A DNA stretch of 37,605 nt from Myxococcota bacterium (lineage in GTDB: Bacteria; Myxococcota_A; Bradymonadia; UBA7976; UBA1532): contig JAYZEG010000047.1 in assembly GCA_036337435.1 (NCBI GenBank), forward strand, positions 1-37,605. Direction: 5' to 3'. This document shows, in pieces, positions 37,024-37,605 of the stretch. Positions within the stretch are counted from its first letter, which is position 1. Every line of letters starts with the position of its first letter. The position numbers and the translations under genes were made by a program. Under the pieces are notes generated by a model. That model was not told the DNA's origin, did no database searches, and worked only from the letters and a program-made list of their open reading frames with translations.

Positions 37024-37605
37024 TTATTTCTTTCTCGCGGCCTTTAGTGCCTGTTTCGCCAAGTCAAACAGCTTCTCTTGAGCCTTTTCTTTGGCTTTTT
37101 TTCCAACCTTCTTCGCCACAGCTTTAAGGGCTTGCCTGGCCAGTTGCTCAATTTGTTCTTTAAGAATGTCAGACGCCTTCTTCGCTCGCTTTTCAGCTTT
37201 CGCTGCATCTCGAGCTTTTTGTCTAGCGGCTTCAGCACGTCGCTGAGCTTCGGCTGCTTTCTGTTTTGCCTCGCGTTCAGCCCGCTCTATGTCTAATTGG
37301 GCCTGTCGCTTAGCAGCCGCAATTCGGGCCTGCTCTGCTTTGGTGGGCGATTTGGAACTGCGTGTAGCACTGGTGGTCGTTTTCTTCGTTGTGGCCTTTG
37401 CAGCGGCTTTCTTCGGAGCGGCTTTCTTCGGAGCGGCTTTCTTCGGAGCGGCTTTCTTTGGAGCGGCTTTTTTTGGAGCGGCCTTTGCAGCGGCTTTCTT
37501 CGGGGCTGCTTTCTTTGGAGCGGCCTTTGCAGCCGCTTTCTTTGGAGCGGCTTTCTTCGGGGCAGCCTTTGCAGCCGCTTTCTTTGGAGCGGCTTTCTTT
37601 GGAGC
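37024..37605 (-). CDS. Lys/Ala-rich histone H1-like protein, C-terminal part (5'-truncated; not in ORF track)
   Basis: Open minus-strand frame from the right edge: (APKKA)n/AAKA repeats, then TTKKTTTSATRSSKSPTKAEQARIAAAKRQAQ... coiled coil ...KAARKK* ending at 37024. Confidence 0.85.
   Translation of the reverse strand, partial: APKKAAPKKAAAKAAPKKAAPKKAAAKAAPKKAAPKKAAAKAAPKKAAPKKAAPKKAAPKKAAPKKAAAKATTKKTTTSATRSSKSPTKAEQARIAAAKRQAQLDIERAEREAKQKAAEAQRRAEAARQKARDAAKAEKRAKKASDILKEQIEQLARQALKAVAKKVGKKAKEKAQEKLFDLAKQALKAARKK
37392..37605 (-). repeat. Degenerate 15-bp/12-bp coding tandem repeat (GCTCCRAAGAAAGCC; APKKA/AAKA)
   Basis: Directly visible; variation is at third codon positions, so this is a protein-level repeat. 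Confidence 0.92.

Noticed and set aside
37392..37605. Tandem repeats as CRISPR array or non-coding VNTR
   Set aside because: Units are 12-15 bp with no spacers, and variation is at synonymous positions of an open frame.

Overview
A gene-dense 37.6 kb bacterial chromosome segment of roughly 53-55% GC by eye. I found no rRNA, tRNA, CRISPR array, transposase or phage gene. The Cys-rich lipoproteins, giant PKD surface protein, stand-alone cNMP-binding proteins and lipoprotein metzincin suggest a Myxococcota/Bradymonadia-like deltaproteobacterium (inference only). Core-type genes are map, fbp, cysH, uppP, aat, TraB, crotonase, VOC, patatin and a C45 peptidase. Accessory content includes a >2070-aa multi-PKD protein cut by the left edge, an arsS radical-SAM + CMD pair, a class III adenylate cyclase, several predicted outer-membrane beta-barrels, a 1600-aa lipoprotein zinc metalloprotease and a histone H1-like APKKA-repeat protein cut by the right edge. 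The most notable observations are: (i) an oxidoreductase resembling vertebrate biliverdin reductase A along its whole length; (ii) an orphan FliG C-terminal-domain protein with an intact torque helix and no flagellar genes nearby; (iii) a coupled operon of an NMT1/THI5-type ABC importer (fused permease-SBP), a FolB-cupin fusion and an SDR, a candidate pterin uptake/salvage system behind a structured leader; (iv) a beta-barrel + giant metzincin lipoprotein pair; (v) a 54-aa two-TM microprotein missing from the ORF track. All family calls come from motif recognition and recalled reference sequences; no searches were run.
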